A stretch of 64,000 bases of DNA, from assembly GCA_028534125.1 (NCBI GenBank), contig CM052816.1, positions 51,090,001 to 51,154,000 on the forward strand, in the 5' to 3' direction. Under the pieces are notes generated by a model, which saw only the letters and a program-made list of their open reading frames with translations, was not told the DNA's origin and did no database searches. This stretch comes from Lama glama. Taxonomy: Eukaryota. The position numbers and the translations under genes are program-made. Positions 38,631-50,070 of this stretch are shown in pieces; within the stretch, counting starts at the first letter, position 1, and every line of letters starts with the position of its first letter.

Positions 38631-41600
38631 AAACACATTCTATTTCATTAAAAAAGATAAATACTGGTCATAAACCAATAAATTGATTTTACTTGAATTA
38701 ATATCCCTTCTTCCACTTAATATATAGGAAACAGAGGCTCACAGAGGTGCAGTGACTCGCCCCAGGTAACACAGTAAACTGGGACTCAGGCTTTTCAGAC
38801 ACTGGCAGGTTTTGCTTTGGAAGGCCCTAGGCAAGAATAAAAAATTGTCCTTGGCCTACTCCCAGCCCTTTCTGCACTCCTGTACCTTCTAAAGCATGTG
38901 GGCCAGTATGTGTTGGTGAAAAAACCAAGAAAGTGTCTGTGATTAGTCACTTTAAAGATACAAGTTCTTTCTAAAATGCAAATGTGATCACTCTAACTGC
39001 TCTACTTGAATTCCCTCAGCGGCTCTTTGTGGTTTTCAGGCCAAATACTAATCCTCAGTGTAGCAATAAAGGCTCCCCAGACCTGGCTCTGGTCCTGATA
39101 GCCAGCCTCACTCTTTACCACTTCCGCATACACACCTTCAAGGTATCTGCTCCATTCCTGACCTGGCTAAATCCTAAGAGTTTCACTCCCTTCACATTCC
39201 TCTTCCGTGAACTTCCCCTGCTGCTTGCCTTCCGAACCTCTGCCACAGCACACATCCCACCGTCCCTGCATCTTCTTGTCCGTCTTCTCCACTGGACCTG
39301 GGCATCCTTATGAACCAGAGTCAGGGCTCTCTGTTCACTGCCACTGCCACTGCCACCAAGCCTAGAGCTCAGAAAAAGGGGGCACTCAGTAAGTATCCAC
39401 TGAAGTGCATATGTGCATATCCTTATTTTCAAGTTTTAATCCTAAAAAAAATCCAACTCACTGCAATATCAGCGCTCTGAGCTCTGTAAGAGCTGCTATT
39501 GGCAACACAGATGCCATTGCCTAATATCTTGAGAACATGAATAAAAACTGTATTTCGGGAGAAATGGATGCAAAAACCCACGACTGACTTTTTTTTCTAT
39601 TTCATTTTTTTTGGAGGGGGAGAGTAGCTTCATTTTTTAACCTCCAGCTTGTAAGCTAGCCTCTGGCCTTTCTAGTCACTCAGCGAACTGGCTCACACAC
39701 CCACTCCGGTCCCCAGACCAAGAAGCTTCCATGGATGACTTACAAGGGGCAGACAGCGACTCTTCCACGCATGCCACCTTATAACATACCCTCCAAAAAG
39801 TGGGTCAGTAATTTATTTACTCTCCATCAAATCCAGAGTGAAAAGGAGACAATTAAATGCTACTCTGCCTAAGTAAAGTGAGTATGAAGGAAGAGGTTCA
39901 CCAGGAGGGGCTGTGGGAGTCAGAGATGGCTTTGTAAAAGAGTGAGTCATGTAGACCAGGTTGAACCTTGGGGAGAGAGATGAGGAAGGAAGCATTTCCA
40001 GGTGGAAACCAGCCTGAGCAACAGTCAGATGGTCAGAGGAGGCTGTGGGCAGAAAAGACCTCGGGCCCACTCGCCTGGGGTGGAATTGGGCCTGAACTGA
40101 GGTGGGAGGGAGCAGGTACGCTCTGTCACAGGAGCAGGGCCGATTGTCCACTCTCCCCCAACTCCACACAGCACTGTTAGTTATGAAGTGCATTCAGACT
40201 CACATACCATTTTGATGTCTATGCCTTTGTAGGGTGAGTGGGGTTGATATTAGGAACTTTTAAAAACAGAAGTGATAACATACTAAAAGACATAAAGAAA
40301 ATCAGACAAAGATAGAGGCAAACCAGCCTCATACTCTAGCTCTCTAGACTTCTCCCTATTTCCCAGACCCAAGAATCGGGGTGGGCCTCATGAGTCGCGC
40401 GGCTGAACCTCCTCACTGTGCAGGCATGGAAACAGAGAACCAAAGAGGCGAAGCTGTTTTTCCAAAGTCACACGAGAGCAGAGTTTAGAAGACTGGCTGG
40501 TAGCAGCTTTAACCAGCTTTGTTTCTGACCGAAGGGGCTTCGCATTGTATTAGCAGGAGAGGAAACCCTGAGGAAAGATCCTCACGTTATAGAGAAAGAA
40601 CTGTTACTTTGACAAAACAAAATATTTTCTAATGTCTTATGACTGTTGGGAAAACAGTCTGTTATATAACTGCAGTCTTAAAAAATGGAAATTTTTATCA
40701 ACCAAAAATTAATTTTTTTAAGTGAAAAAATTCTCAAAAGGAATAGAGCTGTTTGAGGAGAGAGATCTATCTGGGGAGGGAGCTCTTCAGAACTTTTTTC
40801 TGCCACTGATGAATTTTTAGGTCTTTAGCAATCAGAAAAAAACCTTTTTCTTAACTTAAAAAAAAAAAGTTCTATCATTTTGGGCCACTACACACTGGCC
40901 CCAAAATGACAGGATTCTATCATTTCAAAATCTGTAAGCGAAGGATAACTAATATTTCCAGACGAGTACATCATCCAGATAATACATTATTACATTTTTT
41001 TTTATCCCGGAAATGACATGGCTTGAGAAATGACTTGCTGAGAAATCTGTGTTTACATTAGAGGAGTGGGGGGAAAAATCCCTTGCAGAAGTTGAAAAGA
41101 TGTTAAGTGGTAAATACCAAAATGCCCAGCAAGCATGTAGGCAGTCTCTCATCCCAGCATGAATACGTGCAGCTCAGCATTTTAAAATTTACTTTTAGCT
41201 TTTCTAGCAGTTTGAATTAACCCTTTCTCTACTTCTGCTCTCTGTGTGAGAGTTTAGCCCTTAACCCAGACACTGGCAGGGCTGTCACAGATGTCTGCAA
41301 TTTGCCCGCAGATAATCCTCTCATCCCCACTGCTTCCCCCAAGTGGGCCGCCTCGTGAGCAAACACCTCTTAGACTTTCTTACTATTCAGAGTCTTGGGG
41401 CGATGCCCAGACAACGTTAGGAAGTTAGGTCCAGCTTGCCGGAGCTGTGCACAGAACTGGAAAAGGCCTGTTGGGAGACCAAAACAATACACATAAATGC
41501 AGCTCGAAGGGTTTATCCAGACCAGAGCTTCTGTGAGAACATATGCATCAGAATCACCCCAGAGAAGCTGTTTCGGCCAGTGGCCCCAGTGTCTGAATTG

Positions 41601-42579
41601 TAAGAGTCTCAGGGGACTCTAGGGTACATCCCTCACTGACAGACACTAATCCAGATGCTCTAAAGAGGCAACTACATTTTTCTCTTAGTTTCAGACCCTA
41701 GCAAGTTAAAATGAAAAGCAAGCAACTCTAAACTGAAAATTCTTCCTATTAGAGTCACCTTAATACCTTACTGGCTGTTAAACTTACTGGCTACTGACAG
41801 AATGAGCAACTAAAAATCAAATACAAGAAAGTGAGCATTTAATGAATATTTGTATAATACTTTACGATATTTTCTCTCTCACTAAGCATCTCATGTGCTT
41901 CTCACAGCAACACTATGAGATAGCTTCTTATTCTCTTATTAAAGATGAAAAGCATGAGTCTCAGAGGCATGAAAGAATGACCTGGAGATGCCCTGATGAC
42001 GTCAGTATTTCTATGACCCAGTTAAATTCATTTTTGCTATTTATAGTGATTTGTGTCTTTCCAGTGTTTCTTCTAAACATGCAGCGTATCAGCTGCTGCA
42101 GACATTTGCTTCCAAGGGCAAACATCCATGTCAAAACGTCGGTGAGCTGAAATCTCGCACAATATTGGTCCTGTTAAAACCAGGGCTGGCCACGTAAACT
42201 TCCAGCATTCTTCTAAGCTCTTTGGCTCAAAAAAAGAATCAGAAGAACAAGAATAAACCAAAAGCCAAGAGAATAAAAGAAGGTTAACTGAGCAGTAAAG
42301 ACTTGTTTCAAGAACATCAATTCTAAAATAAAACCGCCCAGGCCTGTAGTTGGGTGAGGATTATTGTAGCAAAATCAAATGTTTCCTAAATAATTAGGAG
42401 CTGGTTGGTTGGAAAACTAAACAAAGAAGTCAGTGTCCAGCCAGCTAAAGATGAAAGCAGACTTAATACATGGCGGGGCCAGCAGGGATGACACCTCTAA
42501 GTGCAGCAGAGACACCTGGATCTTTGTGACAGCAACACATGCAGCACAGGCTTCTCTTTTCACCTTGTCCACTGACATT

Positions 42580-42679
42580 TCATTCATCCTGAGAGGCTGC
42601 TCCGGCATAACTAAGAGGCACATTCAGCCCAACAGCTGGCCCTACGATGCTCAGCCATGATGTGATGTAGTTGACGTTC
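42580..42679 (-). CDS. ATG10: ATG10 (E2-like ATG12-conjugating enzyme), last coding exon
   Basis: ttgtttcccag|GAACGTC encodes (R)NVNYITSWLSIVGPAVGLNVPLSYAGAASQDE*. The exon probably extends to a donor after 42564 (CAAG|gtgaaa). Confidence 0.95.
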
Positions 42680-42949
42680 CTGGGAAACAAATGAACACAG
42701 TTTCGGTTGTAGTTGGAGGAGAGTAGAAAGTCAGTTACTAGCAATCGTAGAAATGAGGCTTTCTTCCAAGATGTGTGCCCACCACCTGGGATCCCACCAT
42801 TTCCGAATGCCAGCCCACTGCTTGATGGGGACTCGAGGACCAAAGCGACTGACAATCCTTCACTAAAGTTGTTGAAGGGAAGGTCCAGGCTCTGGGCTCC
42901 TGAATTCCATTGATGATTTTAATGTGACACAACTTACAGCATTTGCTAA

Positions 42950-43215
42950 GGTAGTAGAGTGCAGTGGTTAAGCATACGGCTCTGAGGCAAAATGGCCTGG
43001 GTTCAAATCCTAGTTCTACCGCTTAACTAGCTGTGTGACCTTGGCCAAGTCATTTAAACCCTCTGTGCTTTAGCATCCTTTTCTGTATATCAGGTAAAAT
43101 AATGGTACTTAGCTCACAGGGGTATTATAAAAATCCAGTGCATTAATATAGCCGAAATACTTAGACCAGTGCCTAGCACACCATACAAAATCAATATGTG
43201 TTAGCTATTATTATT
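42950..43215 (+). mobile_element. MIR SINE, near full length, in ATG10 intron
   Basis: gcagtggttaagcatacggctctg...ctgggttcaaatcc...ctgtgtgaccttggccaagt...tgttagctattattatt. Confidence 0.85.
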
Positions 43216-43321
43216 ATTACAAAGAATATTTCTTTTTTAGCTTAGCTTTTAGAATCACATAAAAAGATTTACACTTTTAAAATAAGAGTGAAAGCCAATA
43301 TATCTTGATGGTGTTTCTTAC

Positions 43322-43419
43322 CTATTGATTTTTCGAGAATTCTTTACCACAGGAGTCATGAATTCATTTGTCTTGCAAGGATGAAGTACAAAAAAGGGTT
43401 GTCCAAGTATCGGATGCTC
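43322..43419 (-). CDS. ATG10: ATG10 penultimate coding exon with catalytic HPC motif (98 nt)
   Basis: gttacag|GAGCATCCG...ATCAATAG|gtaaga encodes [32 protein letters not shown](R). Confidence 0.97.
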
Positions 43420-43977
43420 CTGTAACGATCAGAGTTGGCCCAGGATTGCCAGCATGAGTTTACTTTGAAAAAATTAAAATACTTAATATGTTTTTACTCC
43501 TTTAAAATAAAGGTCTGTTTTCAATTTTAAGGTATTAAATTAAGATACAGCTAGATTCCTATTTTGGAATAAAATTAATAACCCAAACATGAGAAGTTGG
43601 TGAGAAGAAACTATTTATTGATAAAGTAGTGCAGTCAGGTGTAGTACGGCGCTCAATACACACTGCAGATACATCTGATCAGTCCCTTGAACGCTTCTTT
43701 AGCTAGTACTTCCTTTGGCCTATAATTATTCTTGTTTTTCCTCCAGGATGTCTATGAAATTTAGGAGCCTGACCATCTGAACAAAGTATCCCACTCTCCT
43801 CTTTGTCAATGGCAAGGGGACCAAAATCACTCACATACCTTTTTAACATAAATTTTGCCAACATGTTGATTGTTTCAGGCCTGTGTCCAGGGCCAATGGG
43901 CACATGTCCAGTGAGTGGATGGGGTAGAGGGTGGGGTGGGAAAGGGGCATGGCTGGCACTATTTAAATTGTACTGCT

Positions 43978-44008
<31 letters not shown>

Positions 44009-44319
44009 TTCACTTAGTTTCTCTGTTTCTCTGTTTGTCTCCTGTCTCTTCCAAGCTTATGGAGCTGCTTTCACAATTTAAAAGCCCATAAAATGGAACT
44101 CCACTGCCTTTATAAGAGAATGACTGGATGTAAGATACAGGTCAGACTGCTGCCTGGTTAAGGATGAGGACATCACTTGGCAAGCAATGGGGAGAAGGCT
44201 TCTATGCAGTGAGTGATCTATGCACAAATCCTACCAACAGGAAAACAATTACTGTTGATAAGTTTTTCAGTTGCTTACATTGTGCATTACCCATTATGCA
44301 AAAGACTGCAAACTCAAAT

Positions 44320-44680
44320 ACTGCTATAATCTGAACATTTGTGTCACCCATCCAAGTTCATATGTCGAAGTCCTAATGCCCGGTGTGATCGTATTAGGAG
44401 GTAGGGCCTTTGGGGAGTGCTTAGGTCATGAGGGTGGAGCCCTCATGATGAGATTAATGCCCTTATAAAAGAGGCTCCAGAGGGCCTGCTCACCCCTTTC
44501 TGCCAGGTGAGGACACAGTGAGAAGTCGGCAACCTGGAAGAGGGGCCTCATAAGAGAGGGCCTGAGACCTCCACATGGTCTCAGACTTCCATCCTCCAGA
44601 ACTGTGAGAGATAGACTTCTGTTGTATATCAGCTACCCAATCTGTGGAATTTTGTTATAGCAACCCAAACAGACTAAGGC
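44320..44680 (+). mobile_element. MaLR LTR (MLT1-type)
   Basis: ttaggtcatgagggtggagccctcatga...cctccagaactgtgaga...ttgttatagcaacccaaacagactaagg. Confidence 0.85.
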
Positions 44681-45209
44681 AATTATCTATGAAGAGCAGG
44701 CAGGTGACCTGAAGAGGTGAGGCCAGTTAAATGCACCAGCAGGTGTCAGAGACGGTGGGGACCTGGTGAGTGTGCCCAGCCGAGGCTGTGCTTGCTACTC
44801 TGTTCCAGCCAATTGTACCATGTGGGAATGCAGGTTCAGCATGCCAGGTCTTTCCGTTTGTCAAAATAACCTAGAAATCCAGATTTTTTAATGTAAAACC
44901 TCCTAAATTTAAATGTTGGCACAATTTTTTAAAAACATGGTGTGGGCCAAATAAAACAAGCCCATAGGCTGGATTTGGACTAGGGACTGCCTCGCTTCTT
45001 CTGCTAGCTTCTTCTTTTCTCAGCCTGTCCAAGGAAAAGCTGAACTCAGAGCTGTCTGGGGGAAGAATTATGAGTGGCTGTCCCTGTTGCCTCTACCACC
45101 CAACGCCAAAATATTCATGTCTGTACCCAAGTGCACACACCACCCACACGAAACGGGAGGGACAGTTCCACTTGTAGGAGTGACAATGGGTGTGGAGATG
45201 GATGGATGG

Positions 45210-45233
45210 ATGTGTGTGTGTGTGTGTGTGTGT
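45210..45233. repeat. (TG)n microsatellite preceded by (GGAT)n
   Basis: gatggatggatggatgtgtgtgtgtgtgtgtgtgtgtgg. Confidence 0.9.
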
Positions 45234-45464
45234 GGCAAGAGCTAAGTTACCCGCTGGGTGCAGGCTAGTGTGTGGCTCCCTGAGTGCCACAACCTGGTGT
45301 CCTGATTCTCATACACAGAGCCTGAGCTCCCTTTTCTCCAGCTCTCCCCACCCCTCATTCCTGTTACTCACCAGACCCTGGGTGCTAACACAGACCAGAT
45401 GTGTTATTGCCTATTGGAAATCCTCCTGTACAACTTGATTCTGGCTTCCCTTCCCTTCCTTTAA

Positions 45465-45830
45465 GTAGTATTTATTCAGCACATATCTACTGATCATCTC
45501 TTATGTGTCTACCAGGAACAGTTCCGGATATAGTTAGGAGATCTCTATCTCTAAGAAAAACCAAGTCCCTGATTCCACGGAACTTATTTCCCAGTGCAGG
45601 AAACAGCCAATAAATACACAGAACAAATAAGTAAACAGGATAATCCAGATAATAATAAGTGCTGTGCATAAAACAAAACAGGGTAATGTGATTTTGGAGG
45701 GATTGTGGTAATAATTAAGATTTGGTGAAAGGGAAAGCCTTGGTAGAGAGGTGGTCTTTAAGCAGAGATCAGAATGGCAAGAGAAATCCAAGTGTGCAGA
45801 GAACATGTTGAGGCAGAACACCCTAAAGGG
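45465..45830. mobile_element. L2 fragment
   Basis: tttattcagcacatatctactga...gataataataagtgctgtg...tttaagcagagat. Confidence 0.65.
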
Positions 45831-45936
45831 AAATGAGCATGGAAAATGTGCACAGGAAATGCAAAAGAATTTTAGAATTATCCTGGACTAAAATAATTAC
45901 TGTTTAGAGGGTTGGAATTTAAAAGGCTAAATTTAG

Positions 45937-46093
45937 CAGGGAAGGTATAGCTCAGTGGTAGAGCACAGGCTTAGCATGCACAAGGTCCTGGAGTCAATCC
46001 CTAGTACCTCCATTAAAATAAATAAATTAAATAAAAACCTAATTACCCCCCCAAAAAAGATTGATTAAAAAATAAATTTTTAAATAAATCAAT
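45937..46093 (+). mobile_element. tRNA(Ala)-derived SINE, camelid Vic-1-like, with TSD
   Basis: ggtatagctcagtggtagagcac...cttagcatgcacaaggtcctgg...cctaattaccccccc plus AT-rich tail; TSD aaaaggctaaatttag (45921-45936) / aaaaagctaaatttag (46094-46109). Confidence 0.88.
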
Positions 46094-46949
46094 AAAAAGC
46101 TAAATTTAGTCTAAATTCTTCTTGGATTACTTACATAATAACCAAGGAGTGAAGAGCAGTAACCAAATCTATGAAGACATGTTACCTTCTTTAATAACAT
46201 GAAACCTAGACTTTAAGGATGGCATTACATGGAACACTCATAAAGGGTAGAGTCAGTTCAGCCATGCAGCCTCCATCCCTCTCCAAGAGTCACTCTCCCC
46301 TTGGTGGGCCTTGAAGATTACCATGGCCACTTTTATACTCAGGGTGAAACTCCGACAACTTCAAACACTTGAGCCTGAGCTTCCTGTAGCTGAGGTAGAA
46401 TGGATTACTCAAACAAGATGCTGCTGAAAGCCTGGAAACACTGAAAGTGGAACAAACACACAGAGCAACAGCGCTCTTAAAGACTCAGATTGTTACAATA
46501 CTGGAGCTCCCAGACCCATTTGAGTCATGTGGGACACTAGGAAGAGATCCTGGCTAGGCCTTCCCTTTCTGGTCCTGCATGGTGGATGGAAGCACTCCAC
46601 AACCACTACCCAACAGTGTTCTCCAAGACTCCTAACCCCTGGTAGTTCAGTAACTTGAGGAGTTGGTAACTCTCATGAGGAATGGCTTCATCCTACAGAC
46701 AAGACCTCTTCCTTACAGGTCTATGGCCTAACCTTTACAAAGCCTCAGAAGGATAACCATATCAGAGTATAACATATATCTGAGCGATACAGGCACACTT
46801 AAAGTTCAGGGGCCCATTTTCTAAACAGATGTGTTGCTTCATATCACAATGCAACTCTGCTCATTTGATGCTGCTTGGTAAAGACTTGGACTTCATTCCT
46901 ACAAGTCATCTTTTGCTCGTTCCATTTAGCCAGTAGATAAGAGCAGGCT

Positions 46950-47150
46950 TGGGATCTGCAGTTAAGATTTGAGTCAAGGTTTGCTCTACTACTTTGTAGC
47001 TGTGAGCTTTGTTGGCAAACCACTTAACCATTTCATGTCTGTTTCCTCATCTGATAACTGAGACTAATGATCGCATCTGCCTCAGATTGACTGTGATTCT
47101 TCAATGAAAAAACTGATCAAAACAGTGTCTGACATATAATATGCACTTAG
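46950..47150 (+). mobile_element. MIR SINE
   Basis: ggcaaaccacttaacc...ctgtttcctcatctg...aacagtgtctgacatataat. Confidence 0.65.
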
Positions 47151-47989
47151 TTGGCTAATACTATACAAACCCACTGATATCTAAACAGACAGGATAATAG
47201 CACCTGGACATCCAAAATGTGGTCTTATAATACCCTATAACAAAGCCCAATTTAAATATCTAAAAACAAGAAGCTCCTATAGAGTTTACAGCATGGTAAA
47301 AATATCACTGACTAGTGTCTAAATATTTAGGAACATCTGACAACTGATTATAACCAAGGGCAAGAAAAGTCTGAAAGAGTAAAAAGTCTATGTATATACA
47401 GCAATTAGAACTACCAATATATTGGTTTTCAAGACAAATTAAAGGAAAATAATTTAAATAAATGTAAATTAAAATAAAAGCTCAAGCACTTCAAAAATAC
47501 TTCGGTAATCTACATCATTTTAATATTCATTTTTCCTCAAACAAAATAAAAACACTTACATTAACATTTAAAGTTATATTCTAATAAAATAAAATGCATA
47601 ATGCTTGTGTGAAACACCTTTTTAAATAATCAAGACTTCCAATGTCTTAGCTTTTAGAACAGCTTGGACAGTTCCTGAATACAGGTCTGGCCACCTGAAA
47701 AAAAATTTGTCCTCTACTAAGAAATCATGTTTATATAATTAGACTGAACATACTTAAATGATTGACTGTCTTTAAAAATCAAAAGTTCAAATTGTATTTT
47801 AAAAATAAAAATTATGTTGTTTCTGTAAGATGCTTTGGTTTAAAAAAGCCAAGCTATGAAATGCTGATCTTCCTAAAATTATAATAAGGGATATTTGTGT
47901 AATCTTTTAAGAAAAGTTTTATAAATAAATAACAACAGCAGTGGGCTTCTAGCTATAGCAGGGCTTCTAGCTGTTTGCTGTAGAGGTCA

Positions 47990-50070
47990 GCAAATCTCCT
48001 TGAAAAACAAGTATAAAACTGAACAAAGTTGTCAAAAAAAAAATTCTGGGATGTAGAAATCAACCAAAGGCAAACAAAAATTTTGATAAATATTTAATTC
48101 ATGAAGAGCTGCTAGAACTTAAAGTTAGACACACAGAGAGTTTGCAATCTTCTTACCTAGAAATACTCCCATATCACACTCCCACCAATCTCCACCTGGC
48201 TCCATCAACAGGAAAGTTTTACAAGAGTGAGTTGGCCAGAAGAAGCAGTAGTTGTGCTGCCAGGAGGACTGACTTGATTTCTAACAGACAGAGGTAACTA
48301 CTGCCCAGTGGCATTACCAATAAAAATATCAAAATAGGTACTAAATGGAAAGGAAAACCTGCAACTATGGTAGCCTGATGGTGCAGTCCCAGGTGAGGCA
48401 AGCAGCAGAGCAGACAGAAATCTAACGGGCAGATCCTGGATGTGAGACAGCTATACAAGAACCAGCTAAGTTCTCCAGGCATCCTGGGCTGATGGAGAGC
48501 TAAGCACATGTTCAGGGGAGACACAAGAAGCCCTGAGGAAAAGTAAAAGCTGATGCCAACTTAAACATTAACTGAAATTTGAATGTGCTCCCAATCCACA
48601 CACATAACCATCAGCAAAGGAAGGAAGCCTTATAGGCTTGAGGTATTTGAGCACAACCTCTGTCCAATCATTGGCTAACCAGGAACATATGTAGACATAG
48701 CTGGAAGCCAGGCAAAAACATAAAAATAAGAATGAAAGACAAAATAGCAGAGACATCAACGGCCACAGAGGAGGTAAATTCTGTAGCTAAAGGCTAGGCA
48801 AGTTACTAAAATAAGCAGACAAGAACAATAGCAACAAAAACAAAAAAAGACAACCATCAGGGAAAAATACTGGAATCCAGAATTGCTTCAATATTATCTA
48901 AAATGTCTCATTTTCAAATAAATTTGAGAGGAAGAAACAGAAAAGATGCACACTAAAGGGAAAAACCCATTAATAAAAATTGACTCTGAGTGGGCCTGGA
49001 TATCAGATTTACAAAGAATTCAAAGCAGCTATTATGAACATGAAATATGAAGAATTAAAGAAAATTGTGTTTAAAGAGTTAAAAGAGAAAAGTTATGACA
49101 GTATCTTTGCAAGTTGGTAATCTCAGTCAAGGAATACTAATTATAAAAAGAACCAAACAAATATTTGTCTTTGGAAAGTATAATACAGAAATTAAAAATT
49201 CACTACATGAATTCAACAGTGTGTATGAGATGGCAGTAAAAAGAGTTAATGAATTTGAATATTTATTAATAGAAGTTATTCAATCTAAAGAAAAAAATGG
49301 AAGAAAAATGAACAAAGCTTCAGAAAATATCAAGCATACCAGCATACACATAGTAGGAGTACAAGAAGGAGAGGAGAGAGAAAGGGGCAGACAAAATATT
49401 TGAAGAAATATTGGCTGAAAACTTCTAAACCTTGATTTGAACCATTTAATCTATAGATACAAGCAGCTCAACAAACCCTAAGTAGAGATCCACACCTAGA
49501 CACATCATAGCCAAATGGTTGATAGCCAAAGAAATCTTAAAAGGAGCAAGAGAGCAAGAATGCATCATATAAAGAGGAATAAGAATACAACAATGGCTGG
49601 CTCCTCATCAGTCCAGACAGCAGCAGAAAGACATAGCCAAAGTTCTGGGAAAGAACCTTGTAACTGTCAATCAAGAGTTCTATATCCAGCAAAACTATCC
49701 TTCAAAAATGAAGGCTATATATATATATACATTCCCAAAGAAACAGACAGAGAATTCCTTGCCACTAGAGTCACCTTATAAGATATACTAAAGGAAGTCC
49801 TTCAGGTAATAAAACGAGAGGGTAATGCGAATCCACAGGAAAAAATAAAAAGCATCATAAATGATAAACACAAAAGATGAGCTAAGTATTTTTTCTTCTC
49901 TTAATTACGTTAATAGACATAGGGTTTTATAAACACAAATTATAATACTGTACTGTTGGGTTTAAAACATACATAGATGTAATATACATGACAATAATAA
50001 CACAAAGGAAGAGGGGTAATAAAACTGTATTGAATAAAGTTACTGTATTTTAGCCAAATTAAGTCAGTAT
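47990..50070 (+). mobile_element. Old L1 5' region and ORF1 remnant
   Basis: ORF fragments IHIVGVQEGEERERG and RVLYPAKLSFKNEG match ORF1p; aaaatatttgaagaaatattggctgaaaactt. Confidence 0.8.

Noticed and set aside
45937..46012. tRNA-Ala gene (also 19217-19290)
   Set aside because: Degenerate stems and B box, A-rich tails and TSD indicate SINEs.
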